From sequence record SRR22947725_1805: a DNA stretch of 64,000 bases. The stretch is one strand, 5' to 3'. Of the stretch, positions 37,063 through 45,913 are shown piece by piece; position 1 is the stretch's first letter; the number at the start of each line of letters is the position of its first letter. The notes beneath the pieces were generated by a model. It made no database searches. It worked only from the letters and a program-made list of their open reading frames with translations, and was not told the DNA's origin. Both the position numbers and the translations under genes were made by a program.

Positions 37063-37850
37063 CTCGATCTCAGCAGGGAATGTTGGAGGGGCACCACGTT
37101 GTGGTGACCGGTGGCGCCCAGGGCATTGGCGAAGCAATCGTCGAGGACGCCCTGACTCGTGGCGCTCGGGTGTCGTTCTTTGACATCAACCAGGAGCAGG
37201 CTCAGATTCTGCTCCAACGGCTGGAGGGGCTCGGGTTCCACAGTGGTCAGGATGTTGATTTTCAGACCTGCGACGTCACGAACTTCAGCGCTATTGAGTC
37301 AGCGGTCGCCGCCTGCACCTCGGCCCTGGGGCCGGTCACGGGTTTGGTGAATAACGCGGGCCGAAATTCCTATGCAGATCCTGTGGAGATGACGGAGGAG
37401 CAGTGGGATTCTTTCTTTGATCTAGACCTCAAGTCCTCCTGGTTGATGTGCAAAGCCACCTTGCCGATGATGCGTAAGGCAGGCAAGGGAAGCATTGTCA
37501 ACATCGCCAGCATTCACGCCCACATGAGCTACCCGCAGTATTTTCCCTACGCGGCGGCAAAGTCCGGTTTGCTGGGTCTCACCAGGAATTTGGCTTTGGA
37601 CGAAGGCAAGTACGGGGTCAGAGTGAATACCGTCAGTCCCGGCTACACCCAGACACCGTTACTGCGCGAGTGGTTTGACAATAACCCGGGTTCCGAGGAA
37701 AAGGCTCTGTCGGTGCATGCTCTGGGTATGTTCGGCGAGCCTCGGGACATCGCTTCGGTCGTGAGTTTCTTGCTCTCCGACGAGACTCGCTTTGTCAGCG
37801 GAGCTGACTGGCGAGTCGATGGAGCACTGAGCGCGCGCTTTGCAGGCTAG
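37056..37850 (+). CDS. SDR oxidoreductase, probable aldose 1-dehydrogenase
   Basis: TGGAQGIG, NNAG, NIASIH..FPYAAAK; context with lactonase and dehydratase. Confidence 0.82.
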   Translation: MVTRSQQGMLEGHHVVVTGGAQGIGEAIVEDALTRGARVSFFDINQEQAQILLQRLEGLGFHSGQDVDFQTCDVTNFSAIESAVAACTSALGPVTGLVNNAGRNSYADPVEMTEEQWDSFFDLDLKSSWLMCKATLPMMRKAGKGSIVNIASIHAHMSYPQYFPYAAAKSGLLGLTRNLALDEGKYGVRVNTVSPGYTQTPLLREWFDNNPGSEEKALSVHALGMFGEPRDIASVVSFLLSDETRFVSGADWRVDGALSARFAG

Positions 37851-37874
37851 TTTCCCCATCAGAAGGAGAGAATC

Positions 37875-38807
37875 ATGACGTCGTTGAGTACCCGAGACCC
37901 GCAAGGCACGATGGGCGACACCATTGCGGTGCTGCACAAGCAGGAGCTTCCCTCGAGTGACGCCGATTCTCTCCCCGAATCATCGGCCCGATTCGAGGAC
38001 GGACGGAGCTGGCGGTTAGAGATTCCTTCTGTGGAGGGCCCGGGGGCTATGCGGGCAGTCCTGGACGAGGCACAAACTCGCGGAATCGGCGTCGACCGAG
38101 TCAGCCAGGGCAGTGGGATTTTCATGCTCAGCGAATCGGAGATCGCCGACATGCTGGATCAGGGGAAGGCCTCGGGAACAGAAGTGTGTTTGTTTGTGGG
38201 CCCACGCGCATCCTGGGATGTGGGCAAGCAGCCTGCGAGCAGTTCCGGAGTTGTTGCCGCACCTACTCTGCGAGGGGCGGATCAGGTGCGCTATGCCCTG
38301 GAGGACGTCCGGCACGCTGTGGGGCGGGGGCTGCGCAGCATTCTCGTCGGGGATGTGGGTTTGCTCGCCGTTATTGGCCGAGCGACAAGAGAAGGAGATC
38401 TCCCGGCCGACCTTGTCGTCAAAACATCGGTGGCACTGCCGTGCACAAATCCGGCAACCGCGCGAGTTCTGGAGGACTTGGGTGCCACGTCAATTAACTT
38501 GGGTACGGACTTGTCACTGGGGCAGATTGCCGCAATCCGCCAGGCCATTGATGTTCCCGTGGATGTCTACTGCGAGGCACCCGATGATTTTGGGGGGGCT
38601 GTACGACACTATGAGGTCATTGACATGGTCCGAGTAGCGGCACCTATCTACATCAAGTTCACTGTCCGCAATGCTCCGGGGATTTACCCCTCGGGTTTGC
38701 ACTTGGAAAACACTGTGCTCGCAACAGCGAGGGAGAGAGTCAGGCGAGCAAGCCTCGCTATCGACCTCCTCCAGCGCTATTCGAGCACCGCATCGGCTGG
38801 AGAGTAA
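37875..38807 (+). CDS. uncharacterised TIM-barrel protein (resembles proteins labelled peptidase U32 family)
   Basis: Strong SD (AAGGAGAG), co-operonic; RLEIPSVEGP, RVSQGSG, SILVGDVG, NPATARVLEDLGATSIN. Family call from recall only. Confidence 0.55.
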   Translation: MTSLSTRDPQGTMGDTIAVLHKQELPSSDADSLPESSARFEDGRSWRLEIPSVEGPGAMRAVLDEAQTRGIGVDRVSQGSGIFMLSESEIADMLDQGKASGTEVCLFVGPRASWDVGKQPASSSGVVAAPTLRGADQVRYALEDVRHAVGRGLRSILVGDVGLLAVIGRATREGDLPADLVVKTSVALPCTNPATARVLEDLGATSINLGTDLSLGQIAAIRQAIDVPVDVYCEAPDDFGGAVRHYEVIDMVRVAAPIYIKFTVRNAPGIYPSGLHLENTVLATARERVRRASLAIDLLQRYSSTASAGE

Positions 38808-38812
38808 TCCGC

Positions 38813-40264
38813 ATGGCCCCTCGCGAATGGACAAACCCGCGCACCGGCGCAACGCTCACCCTGGCGATTGAGGATCACTCCGACTCCGACGTGGTTGCGC
38901 TGTGTGAAACCTCGTATCAAGCCTGGCTGACATACCGGGGGTTTAGTTTCCCCGACCGCGTTCGGGTCCTCTCGGCGCTTGCCGATGGATTAGCCGCGAG
39001 CTCCGATGAGGTGGTGGCGATTGCGGACGAGGAGACGGCACTGGGTGAGCCCCGGTTAGTGGGCGAGGTCGCTCGGACAGTCTTCCAGCTGAGAATGTTT
39101 GCGGAAGCTCTCGAGAACGACACACTCTTTCCGCGACAGATTGATGAGGCTGTTGAGGGGCCGCCACCGGCCGGCCACCCAGAGCTGGTCCGAAGCCTCA
39201 TCCCGCTGGGGCCCGTTGCCGTTTTCGGAGCAAGCAATTTTCCGTTTGCTTTTGGGGTTCTGGGCGGTGATGTCGCGTCGGCGCTTGCCGCTGGATGCTC
39301 CGTCATTGTTAAGGAACACTCCGCGCAGCCGCGCCTCTCCCAGAGGTTGGTTGAGCTCGCGCGGGACGTGTTGGAGAAAGAGTTCCCCGGACTTGACATC
39401 TTTCTCTCGGTTCGAGGCACTCAGGCTGGAGCTCAGGTAGTCCAGAACCCGAGAGTGTCGGCCGTCGGGTTCACCGGATCCGTCAGTGGTGGTCGACACC
39501 TCTTTGACCTCGCTCAGGCACGCCCGAATCCCATTCCTTTTTACGGCGAGCTGGGAAGCATTAACCCTGTCGTTGTGTCCCGTCAAGCGGCAGAGTCACG
39601 GGGGGACCAGATTGCTCAAGGTTTTGTTGACTCGCTCCTGTTGGGCGGGGGGCAATTCTGCACGAAGCCATCAGTTCTGGTGATCCCAGAAGACTCAACG
39701 ATTCTGGAAACCATAAAGGTCTCGTTGGCCAGCGCACAGCCGGTGGCCTTGCTGACTACCCGCATTGCGAGTGCCTATCGGGCTCGAGTCGACGAGATGA
39801 CCTCGGCAAACGCCACCAACGTGGTGACCGCTCCGGATAGCTCAGAACCAGGTTCCTGGGTTCATCCCGCGCTGTTTGTGACCAGTGTCGAGGAAATGCT
39901 CACAGAGACGACAATGTTGCGCGAAGAATGCTTCGGTCCAGCCGCCGTCGTTGTTCCCTACGCCACTGATGACGAAGCACTCGCTGTGAGCTCAGTGGGG
40001 GGTGGAGTCTTGGTGGGCAGTGTTCATGGGGAAGATGACGATCCCCTGGCGCAGGCGATAGTCCAGGCCCTCATCCCGAGGGCAGGTCGAATTGTGTGGA
40101 ACGGCTGGCCGACCGGGGTTGCTGTCTCGCCAGCGCAAATGCACGGCGGGCCCTACCCCGCGGCAACTGTTCCTGGAGCAACATCTGTGGGCCTGCACGC
40201 AGCGTCCCGCTTCGTCAGGCCACTGGTGTTGCAATCGATGCCCCCGGGCATGCAGGTGTCATGA
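38813..40264 (+). CDS. NADP-dependent aldehyde dehydrogenase (2,5-dioxopentanoate dehydrogenase-like)
   Basis: VFGASNFPFAF, GFTGS, YGELGSINP, GQFCTKP, EECFGP, GWPTGV..HGGPYPA. Confidence 0.88.
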   Translation: MAPREWTNPRTGATLTLAIEDHSDSDVVALCETSYQAWLTYRGFSFPDRVRVLSALADGLAASSDEVVAIADEETALGEPRLVGEVARTVFQLRMFAEALENDTLFPRQIDEAVEGPPPAGHPELVRSLIPLGPVAVFGASNFPFAFGVLGGDVASALAAGCSVIVKEHSAQPRLSQRLVELARDVLEKEFPGLDIFLSVRGTQAGAQVVQNPRVSAVGFTGSVSGGRHLFDLAQARPNPIPFYGELGSINPVVVSRQAAESRGDQIAQGFVDSLLLGGGQFCTKPSVLVIPEDSTILETIKVSLASAQPVALLTTRIASAYRARVDEMTSANATNVVTAPDSSEPGSWVHPALFVTSVEEMLTETTMLREECFGPAAVVVPYATDDEALAVSSVGGGVLVGSVHGEDDDPLAQAIVQALIPRAGRIVWNGWPTGVAVSPAQMHGGPYPAATVPGATSVGLHAASRFVRPLVLQSMPPGMQVS

Positions 40265-40291
40265 ACGCCCACATGTCTTGCTAGGACCTAG

Positions 40292-40331
40292 TTGCTAAAA
40301 CTCCTCGGGTAGTGTATATATCATATTATGA
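40292..40331 (+). promoter_or_regulatory. AT-rich promoter with palindrome overlapping the first start codon (candidate FadR operator)
   Basis: TTGCTA at 40292, TATATATCAT at 40315-40324, perfect palindrome TCATA-T-TATGA at 40321-40331; no SD. Confidence 0.5.
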
Positions 40332-41359
40332 TTACCCCAGCCGACCTGGCGATGACGCCAGACAATGCTCTTCGTCTCTCTGCACGGCGCAGCAATGACT
40401 ATGACTTTGGGGTGTGGTTTTGGGGCGATGCCATTGCCCTTGATGGCCTCCTTGACGCCGCAGAATTATTGGGCGATGAGAAATCCCTACATCAAGCGGG
40501 GCGGGCCTTTGAGCGCTGGGCCGCCCGCCCGCTGAGTTGGGCCGATCACCTCACTCCAGGTTCCGCCCTGCTGAGATACGGGGAACTGGCGGGGGAGTCA
40601 TGGCCGCTCGAGCGCGCGCAGGAGTTGGCGGCATACCTGGGATCGGTCCCGAGGTCTAGCGGAGCACCTCTCTACCGTCCTGATCTTCCGGAGTATCGCT
40701 ACACGGTGTGGGTGGACACTCTCTACCATGTTCCGGTTTTCTATGCCCGGCTCGCTCACCTCCTGGCAGATGATGCCTGGATTGACAAAGCCGTCGAGGA
40801 ATGGCACTCGCATTGGAATCTGCTGACTGACTCCAGGGGTCCCTTTCTGGCTCACTCGTGGGATACCGGCATGCACAGACTGCACGGGTATGGATGGGGG
40901 CGCGGTTCAGGGTGGGCTCTCTACGGAATGATCGAGACCTTGGAGCACATTCCCCAGAGCTATGCGGGTCGGTCTGCTCTGGTCGCAGACACGCAGAGTT
41001 TTGCCCAGGCTCTTCTGAGCGTTCAAGACCACACGGGATATTGGCACACCCTGCTTCACGACCGGGAATCGTATTTGGAGACCAGTACAGCGTCGTTCTT
41101 CGCAGCAGCATTCCGCAGAGGTATGCGCACCGGCATCCTCGGTCCAGAGTTTGCCGAGGCAACAGACTCTGCATGGCGGGCCACCCTGGGGCGTCTTGAT
41201 GATCGGGGCGAGCTGTGGGGGGTCTCGGCCTGCACCTACGCCAGTGTTGCCAACATTGATGACGTCGTGATGTATCACACGCTCCCCACCGAAGTGAATG
41301 TGTGGGGGCAGGGCTCAGCCATGCGCGCGGCCGCAGAGAACATCAGGTCGGGTCTCTAA
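40328..41359 (+). CDS. GH88/GH105-family (alpha/alpha)6 protein, copy 1
   Basis: WFWGDA, VWVDTLY, AHSWD, WGRGSGW, GYWHTLL, ETSTASF; no signal peptide. Confidence 0.82.
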   Translation: MITPADLAMTPDNALRLSARRSNDYDFGVWFWGDAIALDGLLDAAELLGDEKSLHQAGRAFERWAARPLSWADHLTPGSALLRYGELAGESWPLERAQELAAYLGSVPRSSGAPLYRPDLPEYRYTVWVDTLYHVPVFYARLAHLLADDAWIDKAVEEWHSHWNLLTDSRGPFLAHSWDTGMHRLHGYGWGRGSGWALYGMIETLEHIPQSYAGRSALVADTQSFAQALLSVQDHTGYWHTLLHDRESYLETSTASFFAAAFRRGMRTGILGPEFAEATDSAWRATLGRLDDRGELWGVSACTYASVANIDDVVMYHTLPTEVNVWGQGSAMRAAAENIRSGL

Positions 41360-42132
41360 TGGCCACAGATAACATTCACTGTGAGGTTGCCTCCGGTGTA
41401 GCGCGAATCCTGATTGATCGGCCCGCCAAGCTCAACACCATGACACCCGAGATGGGGGTCGAGCTGATGGGTCTCGTCCCGAGAATCAACGGTGATGACG
41501 AGGTTCGAGTCGTGATTCTCAGTGGTGTGGGCGAGAAGGCTTTCAGCGCTGGCAGCGACGTCTCGGTACTCGACCAGTACGGGACCAATTGGCAGCTTCG
41601 AAACAGACTGGATTATGCCCGCGCCATCTGGGCCATCCGCAAGCCCGTCATCAGCAAAATCAGGGGGTATTGCATTGGCGGCGGGCTCGAAATGGCCCTC
41701 ATGGGTGACCTGCGATACAGCGATGAGACAGCGCAGTTTGGTGCAGGAGAAATCAAGCTTGGCTGGCACGGCGGGGCGGGCAATACCCAGTTACTTCCCC
41801 GGGTCACGGGGCCAGGAATTGCCCTGGAGATGCTCCTCACCGGAGATCTCATCTCGGCTCAGGAAGCTTTGCGAGTAGGGCTCGTGCAAAGGGTTTACCC
41901 TGCCAGCGACCTCGATGCGGAAGTGGACGGTATCGCCCAGCGAATCGCCAAGTCTGCCCCGATTGCCGCCGAGCTGGCCAAACACCTTGTGCGCATCAGC
42001 CAATCCACCAGTCTCGACGTGGGGTTGGCCTATGAGAATGACACGTTCACCTACTGCTTCACCACTGAGGACAGCGCTGAGGGGCGCGAAGCTTTTGCAG
42101 AAAAACGTCCACCCAATTTTCGCGGACGCTAG
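41359..42132 (+). CDS. enoyl-CoA hydratase/isomerase (crotonase), copy 1
   Basis: RPAKLN, FSAGSD, GGGLE, GAGEIKLG, AFAEKRPPNF; TAATG coupling to the GH gene. Confidence 0.92.
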   Translation: MATDNIHCEVASGVARILIDRPAKLNTMTPEMGVELMGLVPRINGDDEVRVVILSGVGEKAFSAGSDVSVLDQYGTNWQLRNRLDYARAIWAIRKPVISKIRGYCIGGGLEMALMGDLRYSDETAQFGAGEIKLGWHGGAGNTQLLPRVTGPGIALEMLLTGDLISAQEALRVGLVQRVYPASDLDAEVDGIAQRIAKSAPIAAELAKHLVRISQSTSLDVGLAYENDTFTYCFTTEDSAEGREAFAEKRPPNFRGR

Positions 42133-42159
42133 TGCGACACAGAACGAGGAAGGCGCGAC

Positions 42160-42933
42160 ATGGCTGAGGGTAGCGACAATCCCGGGGTGACCCTTGTCAC
42201 CGGAGGCGCGCAAGGAATTGGACTCGCCACCGTGGGACTAGTTCTCGAGCGAGGGGGACGTGCCGTTGCTCTGGATAAGAACACCGCAGCACTCGAGCAC
42301 GTGCGCAGCTCGTTCCCGAGCGATTCAGTCCTAGCCCTGGAGTGTGATGTCACACAGGAGGACGATATCCAAGCCGCGGTTGATCAGACCATGGCGAAGT
42401 TTGGTCGTATTGATTCCCTCGTGAACAATGCCGGCATCGGGTCATATTTCGATGCGACGACAATGAGCCAAGAGGACTGGGATCTCGTCTTTTCTGTCGA
42501 TTTGAAATCAGTATGGCTTGTCAGCAAGTGGGTCCTCCCCCACATGATTTCGCAGCAATCCGGGAGCATCGTGAATATTGCCTCGATTCACGCTCGCATG
42601 ACCGTGGGGGGTATGTTCCCCTACGCGGCGGCGAAGAGCGGGGTGATTGGTCTTACGCGGAGCCTGGCTCTGGATATGGCACAGCACCAAATTCGTGTGA
42701 ACGCCGTGAGTCCGGGATGGACCAGAACCTGGCTGGTGCAGGAATGGTTTGAGAAACAGCCCGATCCGATTGCGGCAGAGGAGTCAGTCGTGGGGGTCCA
42801 CCCTTTGGGGCGGATCTGCGAGCCCCTGGAGGTTGCCGAAGTCATTTGCTTTCTCGCGAGCCCACGATCCCACGCAGTGACGGGGGCAGAGTTCTCTGTC
42901 GATGCTGGGCTCAGTGCACGATTTGCCACCTAG
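42160..42933 (+). CDS. SDR oxidoreductase (paralog of 37056-37850)
   Basis: TGGAQGIG, NNAG, NIASIH..FPYAAAKSG, LSARFA. Confidence 0.88.
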   Translation: MAEGSDNPGVTLVTGGAQGIGLATVGLVLERGGRAVALDKNTAALEHVRSSFPSDSVLALECDVTQEDDIQAAVDQTMAKFGRIDSLVNNAGIGSYFDATTMSQEDWDLVFSVDLKSVWLVSKWVLPHMISQQSGSIVNIASIHARMTVGGMFPYAAAKSGVIGLTRSLALDMAQHQIRVNAVSPGWTRTWLVQEWFEKQPDPIAAEESVVGVHPLGRICEPLEVAEVICFLASPRSHAVTGAEFSVDAGLSARFAT

Positions 42934-42958
42934 ATAACTACCACCTGAAAGGAACCTT

Positions 42959-44170
42959 GTGAATCACGGAGCGCTCTCGGATGTCCGAGTACTGGATGCA
43001 ACACAGATGTTGGCAGGCCCCATGGCGGGGACACGGCTCGGAGATTTAGGAGCGGATGTCATCAAAGTGGAGCCCCCGATCGGGGGGGAATTCAACCGCA
43101 CGCATGGATTTGGAGACTCACGAGCTAACGGTGAGATGACAACGTTCCTGGCCATGAACCGCAACAAGCGCAGTCTTGCCGTCGACCTCAAATCAGAGGG
43201 TGGGCTCGACGTGATCTACCAACTGGCCAAGAATTCCGACGTGTTCATTCAGAACTTCCGCCGCGGAACCGCCGAGCGCTTGGGAATCGGCTACGAGAAG
43301 CTTCGGGAGATCAACCCCGGGATCATCTACTGCTCGATTACCGGGTATGGAACGACTGGCCCGCACCGCGATCGTCCAGGTCAGGATCTCATCATGCAGG
43401 GCTACAGCGGCTCGATGTTTTCCGTGGGCAAAGAGGGGGATCCTCCCCTTGCCAGTGCGCTGTGGGCGGCTGATGTGATGACCGGGTATCAAGCGGTGAT
43501 TGGGATCTTGGCGGCTCTCAATAGCCGTCGAGAGAGTGGTCTTGGCCAGAACATTGAGATTGACATGCTCGCTGTGGTGCTGGATTGCCAGTTGCAGGAG
43601 ATCGTGACCTACCTGAACGCTGGATTTATTCCGGAGAGAACTGCTGAAGACAGCGCCCATGGCGCTATGCCCGCACCGTATGGAAGTTACAAAACGAAAG
43701 ACGGATGGCTCAACCTGGCCATGACGCCTCTTCCCGCTTTGGCAGAGGTGATCGACAATGACTGGCTTCGGACCCTGGTGAACTACGACGACGGTCATCG
43801 CCTTCGGGACAAGATTTACGCCATGCTTCGGGACGCGTTCGTCGATAAGACGACAGCGGAATGGATTGAGTTGTGTGACACGCACGGAGTGTGGGCGGGA
43901 CCGGTCTATGACTTCCCCGCCCTCGCCCAGGATCCTCACATCATTGAGGAGAACTACTTTGTGCCGCAACCTCAAAGAGTGGGTGGCTCAGCCCAAACCG
44001 TGAGAGTCCCCATCAAAATGTCCGGCACACCGCCCGAGATTCGGCGGGGGGCGCCAGGGCTTGGGGAACACACCCGAGAAATCCTGGCTGATGTCGGCAT
44101 GGACGACAGCGCAATCGAGGCATTGGTTGCCTCGGGAGCGGTAGGAACAATCGACAAGGAGACATCATGA
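42959..44170 (+). CDS. family III CoA-transferase (CaiB/BaiF)
   Basis: LAGP, LGDLGADVIKVEPP, NRNKRSLAVDLK, QNFR, AADVMTG (catalytic Asp), APGLGEHT. Confidence 0.93.
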   Translation: MNHGALSDVRVLDATQMLAGPMAGTRLGDLGADVIKVEPPIGGEFNRTHGFGDSRANGEMTTFLAMNRNKRSLAVDLKSEGGLDVIYQLAKNSDVFIQNFRRGTAERLGIGYEKLREINPGIIYCSITGYGTTGPHRDRPGQDLIMQGYSGSMFSVGKEGDPPLASALWAADVMTGYQAVIGILAALNSRRESGLGQNIEIDMLAVVLDCQLQEIVTYLNAGFIPERTAEDSAHGAMPAPYGSYKTKDGWLNLAMTPLPALAEVIDNDWLRTLVNYDDGHRLRDKIYAMLRDAFVDKTTAEWIELCDTHGVWAGPVYDFPALAQDPHIIEENYFVPQPQRVGGSAQTVRVPIKMSGTPPEIRRGAPGLGEHTREILADVGMDDSAIEALVASGAVGTIDKETS

Positions 44171-44952
44171 CCTCGAAAGACCTTCTGCTGGAGCGGCACG
44201 GTCACGTTGCGGTGATCAGACTGAACCGTCCCGACAAACTCAACGCCATGACGGCTGACATGGATCGGATGATGAACGATTTCACGTTCACCATCAACAA
44301 TGACGCGAGCATCAGGGCCGTCGTGCTGACCGGGAACGGTGAGCGGGCCTTTTGTGCGGGGAGTGACATCACAGAACTTGATGAGTACGGGGAGAACTGG
44401 GAATACCGCAATCGATTCGATGCCCGGATGGATTACGCCAGGGCCATCCACTTGATTCGTAAGCCCATCGTTGCTGCCCTCTTTGGCTACGTCATTGGTG
44501 GGGGACTGGAAATGGCCTGCGCGAGCGATATTCGATTGGGAACCCCTGATTCGCAGTTTGGGGCCGGCGAAATCAACTGGGGATGGCACGGAGGCTCCGG
44601 CCAAACCCAGTATTTGACGCGAGCGATAGGTCCGGGCAACGCTGCGCGATTGCTTCTCACGGGGGAGAGGTTCGATGCTGATTTTGCGTTGCGGACCGGG
44701 TTGCTTCAGGAAATTCACCCCAGAGAAAAACTGGAGAGTGCTGCCCTGGCTTTGGCCGAGAGCATTGCGGCAAAATCCCCGATTGCGATCCAAATGACCA
44801 AACACATGATTCGGGTAGCCCAAAACACAGCACTCGATGTGGGCCTCATGGTCGAGAACGACTCCTTCAGCTATTGCATGACCACCGAGGATTCGGTGGA
44901 GGGTCAGAAAGCGTTCGCCGAGAAGCGGACGCCGAACTTTCAGGGAAAGTGA
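44167..44952 (+). CDS. enoyl-CoA hydratase/isomerase (crotonase), copy 2
   Basis: NRPDKLNA, FCAGSD, GGGLE, GAGEINWG, AFAEKRTPNF. Confidence 0.92.
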   Translation: MTSKDLLLERHGHVAVIRLNRPDKLNAMTADMDRMMNDFTFTINNDASIRAVVLTGNGERAFCAGSDITELDEYGENWEYRNRFDARMDYARAIHLIRKPIVAALFGYVIGGGLEMACASDIRLGTPDSQFGAGEINWGWHGGSGQTQYLTRAIGPGNAARLLLTGERFDADFALRTGLLQEIHPREKLESAALALAESIAAKSPIAIQMTKHMIRVAQNTALDVGLMVENDSFSYCMTTEDSVEGQKAFAEKRTPNFQGK

Positions 44953-44959
44953 GGGCACG

Positions 44960-45913
44960 ATGGCTGACAGAGCGCTTCATCATCGGGTGAGGATTCCCCT
45001 CGGGCCGAGATTTGCCGATCTCTGGCTCTTTCTGGGGGAGAAGCACCATGTGTTATTCGATAGCGGAACGAGGGGAACCCTCACCGAATCGGTCCTCCCC
45101 GCCTTGGAGAGCCTGGGTTATGGTCCGGAGAGTGTCAGCACTGTTGTCATCAGCCATTTGGATGTTGACCACTGTGGCGAGGCAGGCAATATTCGCTCGG
45201 TCCTGCCCGAGGCGGTAACTATGGCTCACGCTGGCGATTCCGATGCAATTTCTGATTGGGACACCTTCAGCGCGCAGCGGGGACGAGAGTTTGCTGAGGG
45301 ATGGGGCTTAGACGAGTCCCCGGAAGCGATGGCGTGGATGCGCGACGTTTTCCTTCCCGGGCCAGTCGACACTGTCCTGACCTCGGAAACGACGCTGACA
45401 CTCGATGATGGGCGAGACCTCGAGGTGTGGCATGTTCCAGGCCACAGCCTGGGCCACCTGGCACTGTATGACTCCCAGTGCGACACCCTCGCTATTTCAG
45501 ATGCGATTCTGGGAAGTGCTGTGCCGCTCGCGGAGGGAGCTCCATCTTTCCCCCCCACCTATCGACACGTTGATTCCTATCTCCAGACCATCGCTCGGGT
45601 GCGAGACCTCATGCCCCGCCTTCTCTTGACAGCCCATTACGGGGATTACCGAGACGAGGAGGTTGCAGCCTTTGTGGACGAGTCCGAAGCGTTTGTGCAC
45701 GCGCTGGATGAGGTTGTCCGCAGTGTGCTCGGCTCGCAGCCGAAAACCCTCGAGGACTTGGTCCATGAGATCAACCCCCTCGTGGCGACGTGGCCGATAG
45801 AGGGGACCTACACGGCGTTGGCGTTCCCGGTAGCCGGGCATCTTGAACAGCTCCACCAGTCTCAGACCATTACTCGACACGACGGCCCTCGGGGCTGGGA
45901 ATGGACACGATGA
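44960..45913 (+). CDS. MBL-fold metallo-hydrolase (possible lactonase/thioesterase)
   Basis: LFDSG, SHLDVDH (HxDxDH variant), PGHSLGH, SDA, TAH. Confidence 0.83.
   Translation: MADRALHHRVRIPLGPRFADLWLFLGEKHHVLFDSGTRGTLTESVLPALESLGYGPESVSTVVISHLDVDHCGEAGNIRSVLPEAVTMAHAGDSDAISDWDTFSAQRGREFAEGWGLDESPEAMAWMRDVFLPGPVDTVLTSETTLTLDDGRDLEVWHVPGHSLGHLALYDSQCDTLAISDAILGSAVPLAEGAPSFPPTYRHVDSYLQTIARVRDLMPRLLLTAHYGDYRDEEVAAFVDESEAFVHALDEVVRSVLGSQPKTLEDLVHEINPLVATWPIEGTYTALAFPVAGHLEQLHQSQTITRHDGPRGWEWTR

Noticed and set aside
44960-45913. Beta-lactamase
   Set aside because: No signal peptide, HxDxDH variant motif and catabolic context.
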